A stretch of DNA of 64,000 nucleotides, taken from NCBI RefSeq assembly GCF_006345805.1, contig NC_042999.1, forward strand, positions 93,806,001 to 93,870,000, in the 5' to 3' direction. This document shows, one piece after another, positions 27,120 through 39,500 of the stretch. The stretch is from Octopus sinensis (Eukaryota). How positions within the stretch are numbered: the stretch's first letter is position 1; every line of letters starts with the position of its first letter. Both the position numbers and the translations under genes were made by a program. The notes beneath the pieces were generated by a model that had not been told where the DNA came from, searched no databases, and worked only from the letters and a program-made list of their open reading frames with translations.

Positions 27120-27490
27120 TCCATTAAGAAGTTTACGCTGACGAAGGACATGGAATTGATATTTTATTATATTCCTAATCCAGAAACGCGTTCGTAAATA
27201 ACTGTTAGACTTTGTTTTCGTTATTTCTTCCTTCTGTTTTGCATATGTGAATTACAGGGATATGTGGTTTGTGGAGTCTTATTTGTAGAAAATAGAAATA
27301 AACAGTCTTTGACTGCTATTTCTAATTTTTCGGTATGTGGCTAAGCAACTTGTTGCCTGCCTTTTTTTATTTATATACAAAATATATATTGAACTTTTAT
27401 AGAAGTCCCTACCGTTAGTGGTTATATTTACATGCCGAAATCTACCAGTAAATAAATTTTTTTTAAAAACCATTAAAGCAATTATTTACA
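27120..27490 (+). mobile_element. Diverged single copy of the 24781-25607 pseudo-LTR family
   Basis: Shares TATGTGAAT..CAGGG, AAACAGTCTTTGACTGC.ATTTCTAATT, GAACTTT..AGAAGT.CCT and AAAAACCA.T.AA...ATTATTTAC in the same order. Confidence 0.75.
27132..27198 (+). ncRNA. Type-I (minimal stem III) hammerhead-like ribozyme
   Basis: TTTACG-CTGACGA-AGGA...GGAAT...ATTCC...TCCA-GAAAC-GC-GTT-CGTAAA: perfect 6-bp stem I, intact core, palindromic ACGCGT stem III, GUU triplet. The stem II closing pair is an A.A mismatch. Confidence 0.65.
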
Positions 27491-27552
27491 CTTATATATA
27501 TTACTAATATATATATATATATAATATATATATATATTTATTATATAGAAGG

Positions 27553-27603
27553 AGCTTCTACAGGACTAGAACTGTTTCATTCAAGAGAAATCACCAGGAA
27601 GCT
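27553..27603 (-). ncRNA. Mirror copy of the 29460 hammerhead with core substitution CTGGTGA
   Basis: Reverse complement equals 29460-29510 except A6 to G in the core. Confidence 0.65.
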
Positions 27604-27868
27604 AGTTAACAAGAATTGTTTTGGCATTTATACATTTAGGCAGGTTTAAAGGGGTGGTGGGGGGACTTTTTGGGGGTAGGCATAGCGCAAAAATATCATA
27701 CTTAGGGGAGTGGTCAAGGAGTCAGTGGTAAATTAGATAAAAGAATAAATAAAAGAATAAAAAAATAAATAGAAGAATAGAGTTTTAGGTAAATAAGGAG
27801 ATTCTCACTTATACATATACACATATGTATATATACACACACACACACACTTACACACATATATACAC

Positions 27869-27911
<43 letters not shown>

Positions 27912-28378
27912 ATATACACACACGCCCACACATACATATACACACAAATATATTCATACACACACATACACATACACACGTACATGTATATGTATATGTA
28001 TGTGTATATGTATATGTACATATACATGTACGCTCGTGTGTTTATGTATATGTAGGTACGTAGAGTTATGTATGTATGTATGTATATATACATATGTGTA
28101 AATAGGTATATATGTGTAAGTTTATATGTATGTATCCGTCTGTATAATAGGTAACTGCACGTATATATACTTAATATCTATTATTTTTTGAGTATGCATG
28201 TAAGTATATGAACATAAGGAGGCGCGTGTGTGTGTGTGTATGTGTAAGCATATGTATAGATATATGTATACTTTTACGCATGTGTGTACTTATGTGTATA
28301 TATGGATGCACGTGTGTGTGTGTGTGTGTATGTGTACGCATGTATATGTGTATGTGTGTGTGTATGTATATATATATA

Positions 28379-28423
<45 letters not shown>

Positions 28424-28530
28424 GTATGTGTATGTATGTGTGTATATATATGTATATGTATATGTGTGGGTGTGTGTATGTGTATATATGTATGTATGTA
28501 TAGGTGTATGTATATGTATGTATATATACG

Positions 28531-28565
<35 letters not shown>

Positions 28566-29459
28566 ATGTGTATGTATGTGTATATGTATATGTGTATATA
28601 TATTTATTGGCGTATATGTATGGACTAGTCTTCTGTGGGTGTATTAAGGTATGTATGTGTAAGCGTGTAGACATGAATCTGTAGGTACGCGTACGTATGT
28701 GTATATATGTGAATGTATGTAGATGTATGTATGTATGAACATAACGCGTGCGTGCGTGTATGTGTATGAGTGTACGAATGAGTGTGTGTGCGTGCGAATG
28801 AGTGTGCGTGTGAGAGTGAGTGCTTGTGTTCGAGTAGAAAGATAAATGGGCTTGCTGTCGTCCCCAGAGGGACGATAGCCAAGATGCTTGTGACCGCGGT
28901 CAAAGATAACAAAAGTAATAAATGAAAATAATAATAAAATTAAAATAAGGGAATGGGTTTGTATGTGTATGTATGTGTGTGTATGTGTAGGTATGTATAG
29001 GTACACATATGTATATATGTATATATATGTGTATATATGGACATGTGTGTGCATGTGTGTATGTATATATGTGTGTGTACGTGTGTATGTGTATGTGTGT
29101 GTATGTATATATTTGTGTGTATATGTATGTGTGGGCGTGTGTGTTATATACATGTGTATATATATATATATTATATTATATATATATATATATGTATGTA
29201 TATAATGTCTGTATGTGTGTGTGTATATATATAACATATGTGTATATGTATAAGTGAGAATCTCCTTATTTACCTGAAACTCTATTCTTCTATTTATTTT
29301 TTTATTCTTTTATTTATTCTTTTATCTAATTTACCACTGACTCCTTGACCACTCCCCTAAGTATGATATTTTTGCGCTATGCCTACCCCCAAAAGTCCCC
29401 CACCACCACCCCTTTAAACCCGCCTAAATGTATAAATGCCAAAACAATTCTTGTTAACT

Positions 29460-29510
29460 AGCTTCCTGATGATTTCTCTTGAATGAAACAGTTCTAGTCC
29501 TGTAGAAGCT
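29460..29510 (+). ncRNA. Type-I hammerhead ribozyme candidate (best in window)
   Basis: AGCTTC-CTGATGA-TTTCTCTTGAAT-GAA-ACAG-TTCTAGTC-CTGT-A-GAAGCT: 6-bp stem I, intact CUGAUGA and GAAA, 4-bp stem III, GUA triplet (predicted cut after 29504). Stem II is 3 bp and closed by an atypical U.U. Confidence 0.72.
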
Positions 29511-29596
29511 CCTTCTATATAATAAATTAATTTTACTCTGCTATGTATTGAGTACCTTATTTACTGTGGTTAACCCCGAATCAACCCGGGACCTAC

Positions 29597-29652
<56 letters not shown>

Positions 29653-29653
29653 A

Positions 29654-29711
<58 letters not shown>

Positions 29712-29716
<5 letters not shown>

Positions 29717-30900
29717 CAAAGTCATGGAACGGATAGTCAGAGGGAAACTAATCACATTCCTTGAAGGAAACGACTTTCTGAGTGATACCCAGCATAGTTT
29801 CGGCCAGGGAGGAGCTGCCTGACCCAGCTCTTACAGCACTATGACTGGATGTTGAGACAGTTACTCAACAACTCAAATTTGGATGTAGTATACCTTGACT
29901 TTGCGTGATCTCCGCATAGCTGGAAAACTGGGAGAGTGGTTACATGACTTTCTGAAAGATAGAAGTCAGGGAGTAGTGGCCAATAGAGCCACATCAAAGA
30001 AAACTCAAATAGTGAGTGGTGTTCCACAGAGCATTGTCTTGGGACCACTGCTTTTCATATATGCTCTCATGTATGCCTTGCGCTACCACTGCTGGAAACT
30101 GAATATAAAACATACAGGGTACACTGATCCACAGGGGATTACAATCCCAGAGCCTAAATCAGTAAGCGACTTGGGTATCGAGATGAGTGATGATACCTCT
30201 TTCCAAGTGCACATTACCAGGATGGCGACAAAGTGCATAAGATTGGCTGGAGAGATACTGAGAACCTTCAGCTCCAGAGAGAAGAAAACCATGACTGTCC
30301 TCTGGAGGATATTCATCCTCAGTCGCCTGGATTATTGCTCCCAGCTATGGTCACACCACAGTATTAAATTAACAGCGGACCTTGAAGCAATCAAGTGAAG
30401 CTTCACAAAGAAATTCGTCTCCTTGCAACAGCTCAGCTACTGGGATAATCTGAAAAAAAAAGCTAAGACTCTACTCCCTGGAGGGAAGGCATGAGCGATA
30501 TCCAGTAATATACATCTGGAAGATCCTTTAAGGGATTGTGCCAAATTTTGTTATTAAAAGCTACACAAATGCCAGAACGGGGATCTACTGTACAATGCCA
30601 AAGATCCAAGCAATGCCATCGCGCTTCAGAACCAGTTACTGCAACAGCCTGGGTTTCAGGGCCCACAACTCTTTAATATTCTCCCAAAGAGCCTGAGGGA
30701 CCTACAAAATGTGGATGTAGGTGTTTGCAAAACAAAAATGAACTGCTTCCTGTCGAGAGTCCCAGAATTTACTTCGCAGCGGGAGTGCAAACTCATTTAC
30801 TCACCAAATGTCACATATCAGAGGATGCTCTCAATAACAACAGTGTAGCAAAACGGCGGTGCCCCAGCTTGGCCACAGCTTTGAGTTGAAGCATATAAAT
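29712..30900 (+). pseudogene. 5'-truncated, internally deleted CR1/L2-group LINE (RT and 3' tail)
   Basis: SKVMERIVRGKL...SDTQHSF..GRSCLTQLLQHYDW...DVVYLDFA, GKLGEWLHDFLKDRSQ...SGVPQSIVLGPLLFI, DLGIEMSDD...RLDYCSQLWS. Starts directly after (TA)n; tail GGCGGTGCCCCAGCTTGGCCACAGC. Confidence 0.9.
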
Positions 30901-30961
30901 GTACGTAGGTACTTAGAAGCATAAATCGTGTGATTGATTTGTAGATAGATAGGTAGATAGC

Positions 30962-31039
<78 letters not shown>

Positions 31040-32319
31040 CAGATAGATCGTAGACAAGTCAGCATGTGTATAATTTTCTACTGTTCGTTACTTTGGATCT
31101 TTTATGGAGATGATGTGAAAAGTGAAATAGTTGAATTCCCATTTATGTCACGCTGACATTGGGATATGTACTAACTAAAGCACATGAACTTATCACAATG
31201 TTACTTACTGCCCATCAGCTATGTACTCTTCAGATGCATATCTATTTGTAGTCAGTTATTTTTCATTGAAAAAGAAAAAGAGGATCAACGTAATAAATGG
31301 TTAATTAGTTTTCTTTACTGAAGCATAGTCATTTCAGTTAGTCGTTGCACAGCTTTTACACGTGACGGAAGGTAAGTACAATGTTTGTTTGCAAAGGTTT
31401 TTCAAAACCTGCTAAAATAGATAAAATACATTAAGATAATATTTAAGATGCAAATAGTAACATTGCACATAAAATGAAATGTCATTCGCGTTCAATAAAT
31501 AAATTGAACAACAATGTTATAAAAACCAGGAATAATTTAGGAACAAAGGAAAATGAAATGATTCCTGGCTGATAAAAATTCGTAAGTGGTTAACATATAT
31601 AAAGAACAAAAGTGTGCATTTAAAGGGAGGTGACTAAATAAATTGTCATCAGTATATGTTGGACCAAGTGTAGGACTCAACAGGCGTTCAGTATATAAAT
31701 TAATAGTTGAGTAAAATGTTTACGTGCTTTAACTTATTAAAACTTGTAACAATGTGACTTATGAATTAGTAATCAATGATTCCTCAAGCTAAAGAAGACT
31801 TCCTACAATAATAACTATTTCTTTAAAAGTTTTTCATAGACGATAGCGTCGACATACCAGACAAGTCACAGACATGCAATATTTTAAAGACGATTATAAC
31901 AAACCAAATTCACAAGATTAAAATTTGGCGAAGAGCTTGGTCTGCAATTCATCAATGCATGCTGAAACTTATACTATACATTTTGCCACATTCGTAGACA
32001 TATTTCTCATCATTATCATGTATTTACGCTATTATAGTTACTTTGTATTGTATTAATGCAGCTTCTTTTGCTTCTGACGTTATAAGGAAAGACAGAAAAA
32101 TTGTGATGTCTACTGCCTCAGTCCACAATCTCAATCAGCAAAGAGAAGCAAATGAAAAACAAAACGGCAAACCAAATAAATGATTAGTAGTTCTAGAAAT
32201 GTCTGTCAAAAATTGTTATGCATCACTGTCTAAAAGGTATGTGTGTGTCAAGGTATATATATGTATACATACATATATATATATAGTGAGAGAAAGAGAT
32301 ACGCACATACACACGCACA

Positions 32320-32356
<37 letters not shown>

Positions 32357-32499
32357 GCGTGTGTGTGTGTGTGTGTGTGTGTGTATAGAGAGAGATATTG
32401 AGAACGAGAAAGAGATAAGACGAAAACACTGATGAGTTGTTTTACAGGATTTAAGAGTATATTCGAGCCATAATATATATAAAATTATATATATATATT

Positions 32500-33312
32500 A
32501 TAATATATATAAAATTTTGTACAAAATAAGGGGTTGTTCTTTCAACATAATTGAAATAAGGACCGTTTTCGCATTGCTCATCAAACTGAGAGTGGAAAGA
32601 GATGAATTGATAGGGGAGATAATTGTTCACTCATTTCGTTTTGCAGTAAAGGGGAGGTGAATCTGTAATATTTCTTTCTTTTTTTATGTAGTCTCTGCTT
32701 TATTCTGGCCTATATCTTCCATTTAATGGGGTAAGTCCTTTATTTTTAATATGGTTTCATATTTGATTCTGGTTTATATTTTGGGATAAATGAGTCTTTT
32801 TTAGTCAGTCTTACCTGTGTTGAGCTCCAGAAGGCAAGTTGTTAGAATGTGAAAATTTCGAATTGTGGTTGTAATCGTTCTTTACATTCGTCAATGTGTT
32901 GACTGATGGATATCTGGTGATATTGTGGGGAAGAAATTTGTTGTCTGTGGACCGTACATCTCTTCGGATCGAATTTTCTGTTTGAGCCAATATAATTTCG
33001 ATGGCAGTCCGAGCATCTAATTACGAAAATGAGGTTTTGAGAGGCGCAAGTGAAGTTCGATGTGATCTTGAAGATTTGTTTTTGTCTGAAATGGAATTCC
33101 GATCCTACGAACAGATTAGGACATGTTCCGTAATTAGGGCTACCACACTTTACGAGTCTTGCGTCCGTTGTTCTAGAGAATAGTTTGGTACTGGTAAGAA
33201 TTTTCTTCAATGTCTTAGTCTGTTTGCTGCTCTTAATGATTTTTACGGTTTGGTAGAATCTCCTTGAGTTTGGTGTCTTATCTCTTTCTCTATTTATGTC
33301 CATCCACCACAT
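32500..33312 (-). mobile_element. PLE 3' fragment: GIY-YIG endonuclease (ORF 32842-33312) and 3' region with decayed hammerhead-like motif at 32561-32590
   Basis: IIKSSKQTKTLKKILTS...KCGSPNYGTCPNL...FTCASQNLIFVIRCSDCHRNYIG...HRQQI...HIDEC is a PLE GIY-YIG with CCHH residues. Minus strand TTGATGA-GC-AAT-GC-GAAAACGGTC is two changes from a minimal core. Flanked by (TA)n. Confidence 0.82.
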
Positions 33313-33336
33313 GTGTTTCCTTACTAAAATATGTTC

Positions 33337-33376
<40 letters not shown>

Positions 33377-33404
33377 GTGTGTGTGTGTATACTTTTTTAC
33401 TCTT

Positions 33405-34013
33405 TTACGCTTTTATATATTCCAGTCATCTGACTGCGGTCATCGTGTAGCACCACCTTTAGTCGAATAAATCAACCCAAGAATTTATGATTTGTAAGCC
33501 TAGAACTTATTCTATCAGATCTTTTGCCGAACTGCTAAGCTACTGGGACGTAAATACTCCCGCATCGGTTGTCAAGCGATGGTTGCGGGGACAGACACAG
33601 ATACAGAAACCTATATATATACATAAAAATTAACAAACTAAGGGAAAAAATTTCTTCAGATGGGTGTGTGAAACATTTAATTCAGTGGTACGTCTGTTGA
33701 ATACCATATAAATATAGGTATAAAGCAAATTACAAAGGTAAGATTAAATAGCGAGATACAAATTACAATCCAATACAACTTGAACAGACACATATCAGTA
33801 CATAAACATACGTTCACATGTACATATACACACACATTTATACGTACATATAAATCATGAACTGATTGATACTTTCGCAGATGCAGCACGGAATTTTGTC
33901 AGTTATTTTGTCACGAAAATATTTTGGCAAATTAAATTTAAATGTTGAAGTGAATCTAACGGTTTTGTGTGATTCTTAAATGGCTTATAAACACCTTCCA
34001 AGCTCAAACTGCA

Positions 34014-34058
<45 letters not shown>

Positions 34059-34300
34059 TGTGTGGTGTGTGTGTGTGTGTGTGTGTTGTGTGTGTGTGTG
34101 TGTTTGTGTGTGTGTGTGGTGTGTGTGTGTGTGTGCATGACGAGCTTCTTTCAGTTTCTGTTTCCCATATCCACTTACAAGGCTTTAGTCGACCCGAGGC
34201 TATAGTAGAAGACACTTGACCACGATGCCACATAGTGGGACTGAATCTGGAACCATGTGGTTGGTAAGCAAGGTACTTAACACACAGCCACTCCTGCGCC
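33405..34300 (-). mobile_element. OR-like SINE in two parts (3' half 33405-33605, 5' half 34137-34300)
   Basis: Both halves align by eye to 24331-24718. About 500 bp lies where that copy has a short simple repeat. Confidence 0.72.
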
Positions 34301-34548
34301 TACACAGCCAGTTTCCGTGATTGGAGATATTCTTCATTTTCTGAACTCTCTCTCTTTCTTTCTTTCTCTCTCTCTCCGGTGACAGTTAACTTAGCTTATG
34401 AAATTCTTGCTCAATATCATTATCCAAATGCTTGGCTGTTCTAGTAAGAGATGTAAGACATTCTTTGTATACTGTATTTAATTAAAATGTTTTCAATATC
34501 ATGTCAAATCCTTTGTTTTCATTTATACTTTAATTTCTGAAAGATATA

Positions 34549-35815
34549 CGAGGGGCGTTCAATAAGTAATGCCCCTGACCCACTTCCCATAGCAGTTATT
34601 AGTCATTTTCTACATAGGAACCACCCAGAGTTACGCATTTCTCCCATCGTTTGATGCGGCTCTGGAGACCGTTTTTGTAGAAGAACCCATCTTGGTCCTC
34701 CAACCTCAACGTGACTTCAGAAATCAAGGCTGCATCATCTGGAAAACGCTTTCCTTTCAAAAACAACTTCATGATTTGGAAGAGGTGAAAATCAGAGGGT
34801 GCAAGGTCAGGAAAGTAGGGGGGATGGGGAGGAGTTCATAGCCATACGCCTGTGCTTCTGATCTGGCGACAATCGAGTTGTGGACCGGAGCGTTGTCCTG
34901 CAGGAGGAGGATGCCTTTGCTGATCTTGCCCCGCCTCTTGATTTTGATAACTTCTCTTAATTTCCTCAAAAGTGAAGCATAATAGGCTCCTGCAATTTTG
35001 GTACCCTTTGCCAGGAAATCTGTCATCACTACTCCGTCCTGGTCCCAGAAGACTGTGAGCATGACCTTGCCAGCGGAGGGCTGCACCCTTGCCTTCTTTG
35101 GAGGATGTGAGTCACAGTGTTTCCACTGCATTGACTGGGCTTTGGTCTCTGGATCTCGGTGATGGAGCCAGGTTTCATCCTGTGTAATCAGTCTTTTGAA
35201 AACTTTGACTCATCTTCTTGGCACATCTCCAAATTCATCCTCGAGCACTCGACGCGTTCTTGCTTCTGGAAAGGCGTGAGCAACCTGGGAATCCATCTGG
35301 CAGACACCTCTTGCATATGCAAATGGTCATGAATGATAGTTTCCACGGACCCGGTACTAATCTTGACCTCATGGGCTATTTGGCGAATAATTATGCGTCG
35401 ATCTTCCAAAATGGCAGCCTCAACTTGACGGACAGATGCCTCATCAATGGCAGAAGGGGGCGACCAGATCTGGGAGCTGTTTCCACAGAATTCCGACCAT
35501 GTTTGAATTCACGATGCCAGCGTTTTACAAGGTCATATGATGGGGCATCATCACCATAAGGTACTTTCATTTCATCAAAAGTTTCCCGTGGTGTGCGTCC
35601 TTTCAAATACAAAAACCGAATCACTGCTCGACACTCAACAGGCTCCATTTCACACTTGACTCGGTTCAAACACCTGTAAATCAGAAACCACAATTAATTC
35701 AGAGCTGTAATTTGCCACTTACTCTATAGAGATATAAGTGATTGCACATGCAAAATTCCAGCTAGATCAAACAACTGCAAGTGAGTCAGAGGCATTACTT
35801 ATTGAACGTCCCTCG
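34549..35815 (-). mobile_element. Near full-length mariner transposon (1267 bp, 25-bp TIRs, TA TSD)
   Basis: TA|CGAGGGGCGTTCAATAAGTAATGCC ... GGCATTACTTATTGAACGTCCCTCG|TA, with one mismatch between TIRs. Confidence 0.95.
34599..35648 (-). pseudogene. DD34D mariner transposase, at least 3 frameshifts
   Basis: MEPVECRAVIRFL...RSGRP; ARWIPRLLT (WVPHEL-like); TQDETW; LLQDNAPVH; HPPYFPDLAPSDFHLF. After one frameshift correction the second and third Asp are 34 residues apart. Confidence 0.92.
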
Positions 35816-37019
35816 TATGTATATTTTTGTGTGCGTCTATAAGTGTGTGCGTCTATATGTGTGTGTGTAGCTATATGTGTGTGAGCGTCTATATATGTAT
35901 GTGTGTGATTTTGTATACAGCGCTTTGATTCTGTTCTTATTAACACATTTCTTAATTATATTTTGACAAGTTTATACAAACATTGCTCAAACATTAACAT
36001 AAAGATGTATTTGTATTGAGGATGTTTTTCTGTGCTTTAGATGTAAGCATTTCACCAACTCATCATATAGAGAAAAATTCAAACTGTTTTGTAGTACAAG
36101 TAATTCAGGCGGAAATATTAATGTTTTTGCTATGCTTTCATTTCTTTATTGTAGCAAGTTAATATCTGCCTTAAAATTGTAGATAAACTGGTTCGCTTCT
36201 TGTCTCCTCTAATCGAAAAATATCAGCTCGTGACCAACACTATACTCATTTACGTTCCTGAATGCATATGGTATTTGCAACAATTTGATTGAATGCATTA
36301 CATTGGCTTCATTTATTACCCACTGGATTTCTACTCCTCAACACAGTGTTCAAATATAGAACGGAAATCTTAATACACTCGTAGCGTTCACTGAAGCAGT
36401 CAGTATTTGCGTGTGCAAGGATATTGCATATGTATACGTTAACTTGTTAAAAAATAGCTTTGTTGATTTTATTTAGTGTGTCATTGTTAGGGCATACACT
36501 GATTAATGTAGCACAGCTGGTTGTTGATGACATCGCACTTGATTTGGATGCAATAATTGTAAGTTCAGAAATACACTACAAATTCATTACTGGGAGCAAG
36601 TCTTAAGGACATTTTGGATGATGCATAGAAATGACTTATAAAAGTATCGTTTATGATTGACACCTCAAGATTAACACGTACTCGCAATGGGAGCGTACAT
36701 ATAATTAATTTAAGTGGTTGTTGAATGTCCTAAATTATATAAAGATCATTGTATATCTATTTTCAAGTATGCATCTATGTCTATACATATTATTGGGTTT
36801 TTTTTATTGTACAAATTGTTGAGTATCGTTTCAGTTGTAGCAGTTGAAAATGCGATGAGAGACGCATCATTTAACTCTAATAATGCCTTTTTGTTTAATA
36901 GACTGGCGGTTACGAAGACATGGTTTCTAGTTGGTCCGATCAACGGAATAGCCTGCTCGTGAAATTAACGTGCAAGTTGCTGAAACTCTACAAAGCACTA
37001 ACATAATTCTCAGGGAGAT

Positions 37020-37165
37020 CCAGTGTAACACAGAATACGGGTACTACTCGTTTTGTCAAATCAGTGGACAGGATTAACATGAAAAAGAAGTGTTTTGCTC
37101 AAGGACAAATCGCGTCGTCGAGATCATGAGCCGAATAACCTAACCATTAAACCACGTACCTTCAT
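37020..37165 (-). mobile_element. tRNA-derived SINE 5' fragment
   Basis: Minus strand GAAGGTACGTGGTTTAATGGTTAGG...GTCCTTGAGCAAAACACTT resembles the head of 1535-1878. Confidence 0.55.
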
Positions 37166-37185
37166 GCTAGACCATGCATGTACAC

Positions 37186-39500
37186 CAGGCATGTCAAAGT
37201 AAGGGTCCCCTGAGGGCTATACTAGTCATATTTGTGTTGTCATGAGGGCCACACTCGCTTCAAATATATAAGACATTTAATAAAAATCATTGCAAAATAT
37301 TCTTCTTATTTAACTTAGAAGCATACTGTGGATTTCCCACATTTAGTTTAACAAAAGAGAAACACAAAATTTTAAACGGCAACATAGATTTGAATGCAAC
37401 AACAACAAACACATTGTACAAAAATTATAATAGTTTAAATGAACATTTATTTACTGTTAAATCACTTTTAGTGTTTTGTCCTCAGGATTGACTGTACTTT
37501 TTGCTAAAAATTTATGTTATGTCTGGTTGAAATGTCTGTACAGCTCCAAGTTTGATAAGAGATGACAAGTGTTGACCAGTCAGCCTTGTTCTCTAAGAAG
37601 ATTTTGTTTGATTTAATGAAGGATAATAATTGTTCACACACATAGGTAAAATCAAACATTGCCTTAATCCTTGTGGCAAACTTTCTGAAGTTTTTAAAGT
37701 TTTCAGGAAGGTATCCCCACTTTAAAATATTTCTTCTGACTTAGCAACATCAAAGAGGAATGGTGATGAGAATAATAGAAACAGATATTCAAAAAATGAG
37801 AAATCACGAAATCTTTCTTGAAATTCCTTTGACAACAATTCCAAGTGACTCATACTTGGCAAAGCTAAAAATATACCCAGTATTAGCACTATTTTTCAGA
37901 TCTTTGCACTTTTGGAAAATGAACAAAATTCATTTGACAACTGTGACTTACATACGCTAAATTGTGTAATGAAGCACTTGATGTCATCATACAACTGAGT
38001 GATGAGTTTGTGCTAATTTGTAATTTCAAATTTAGATCAAATAATTGTGCAGTAATATCCTTAGCAAAAACCAGATCCTGCAGCCAACTCTCATGTTTTG
38101 TTTCATCTGTGTTTTGACATTTCATTTCCAAAATCATTATTAGTCCTTGTCTCAACAAATAGAATCTTTTCAGCACTCTGTGGCATGACAGCCAGCGGAC
38201 TTCTGTGTAGAATGGAACATCGGTGAACTGATTAGCTTCCAACAACTGACTGAATTGATGGGGGTTGAGAGCACAGCCTCTGATATAGTTCCCTGTATTT
38301 ATGACCAATTAAGCACATGATCCAATTTTAAAATCGTTTAACACAGATTTTGCTGATAAATAATACAGTGAAATTGTGCAAATGATAAATCCGGATGCAA
38401 ATTGTTTATGTTTGTTCGTAACTTAGAGGCAAACCATTATGTAGCCAACCAAATCCGTAGATAAGCATGCATATTTACTCAAATGAAAATCATAGTCACG
38501 CAAAACATGTTCGACTTTCTCAAATATGTCCTGGCTTGTTATAGTGCGGATGAGTTCGATCAAGTCTTCATAAATATTAAATTCACTGTCGCAGGCCCTG
38601 ATGAAGACCGCAAGCTGTGCTATTCCAGTTATGTCAAGGGTCTCATCAATAGCAAAAGAAAAATGTTCAACTCTTGATGCGGCTTTCAACTGTTGTTTCA
38701 AATCACCTGACATTTCATTAATCCATTCAGCAACAGTATTCCTGGTTAGTGAAATATCTTTGAATAAGTGTGCTTTCTCTGTACATACAATTTCAGCCGT
38801 TTTTACAAGGTATTGCTTTACGAAATCGCCTTCACTGTAAGGTCTCCCTTCATGGTGATCATTCAGCTGAGTTCATAACTTGCACTAACGGAAGCGACAT
38901 TCCCTTTCTGATTTTTTGTAAAACAAGTCTGTTGCTGTGTCATGCTACCCTTCAATTCCTTGAGTCTTGAAACACACATTTGACCTTCATATGTATTGTG
39001 AGGTCGAAGGTTCGTTCTATAATGTCCTTTGAAATTGTACTCTTTCGGCGTCGCAATGCTGTTGTTGCAAATTAAATAATGCTTCTTTCCTTTCACCCAT
39101 TTTACTTGAAACACTCGTCCTTCTTCGTTCAGTTTCCTTTTTCTCTCCGCTGGAAGAACACTAGCGATTTAAAAGACAAAATACATTAGTAAGTCTATTC
39201 ACCTGAAATGCGTCTACTCACCGTAAGTGCAATGCACGAGGGCAGAAATCGCAGGACACAGGCAATACAGGACTTGAATGCGCTGTCTTAACTCCGTCCA
39301 CCAGATGAGAATTTAAAGAATGACGAAAGGAAGAAAGGAAAATCGACTCATATGAACATTGACAGGTACATTCCGTGAAGTGAAAATATATGTAACGTTT
39401 GATGCATGAAGCAACCGGAGCCGCGAATTAGCCAATTGGTGGCTCACTGATAAGAAATTCCGTTACTCCGGGCCTCCGAGTAATTGTATAACATTCTTCC
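37186..39500 (-). mobile_element. Decayed hAT transposon with GTF2IRD2/SPIN-like transposase (coding remnants about 37700-39150)
   Basis: KRKLNEEGRVFQVKW...LICNNSIATPKEYNFKGHY; SLTRNTVAE; FSFAIDETLDITGIAQLAVFIR; YTEVRWLS; WLQDLVFAKDIT. The left end CAGGCATGTCAAA is hAT-like; the right end is degenerate and no 8-bp TSD was seen. Confidence 0.88.

Larger units (their letters stand above)
27541..29525. mobile_element. ~2-kb non-coding element with ~445-bp near-identical inverted arms (27541-27983 / 29077-29525) enclosing mixed TA/TG/CA microsatellite
   Basis: TTATATAGAAGGAGCTTCTACAGGACTAGAACTGTTTC... is reverse-complemented at the right end. The match continues into the microsatellite interior (CACACGCCCACACATAC vs GTATGTGTGGGCGTGTG). 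Confidence 0.92.

Noticed and set aside
36714-36990. Bidirectional ORFs; one frame reads AGYSVDRTN*KPC, like an EGF end
   Set aside because: In-frame stop and missing cysteine spacing; likely chance.
38618-38640. CTGATGA here, and others at about 32429 and 57287
   Set aside because: No stem II-GAAA arrangement; two lie within TE coding sequence.
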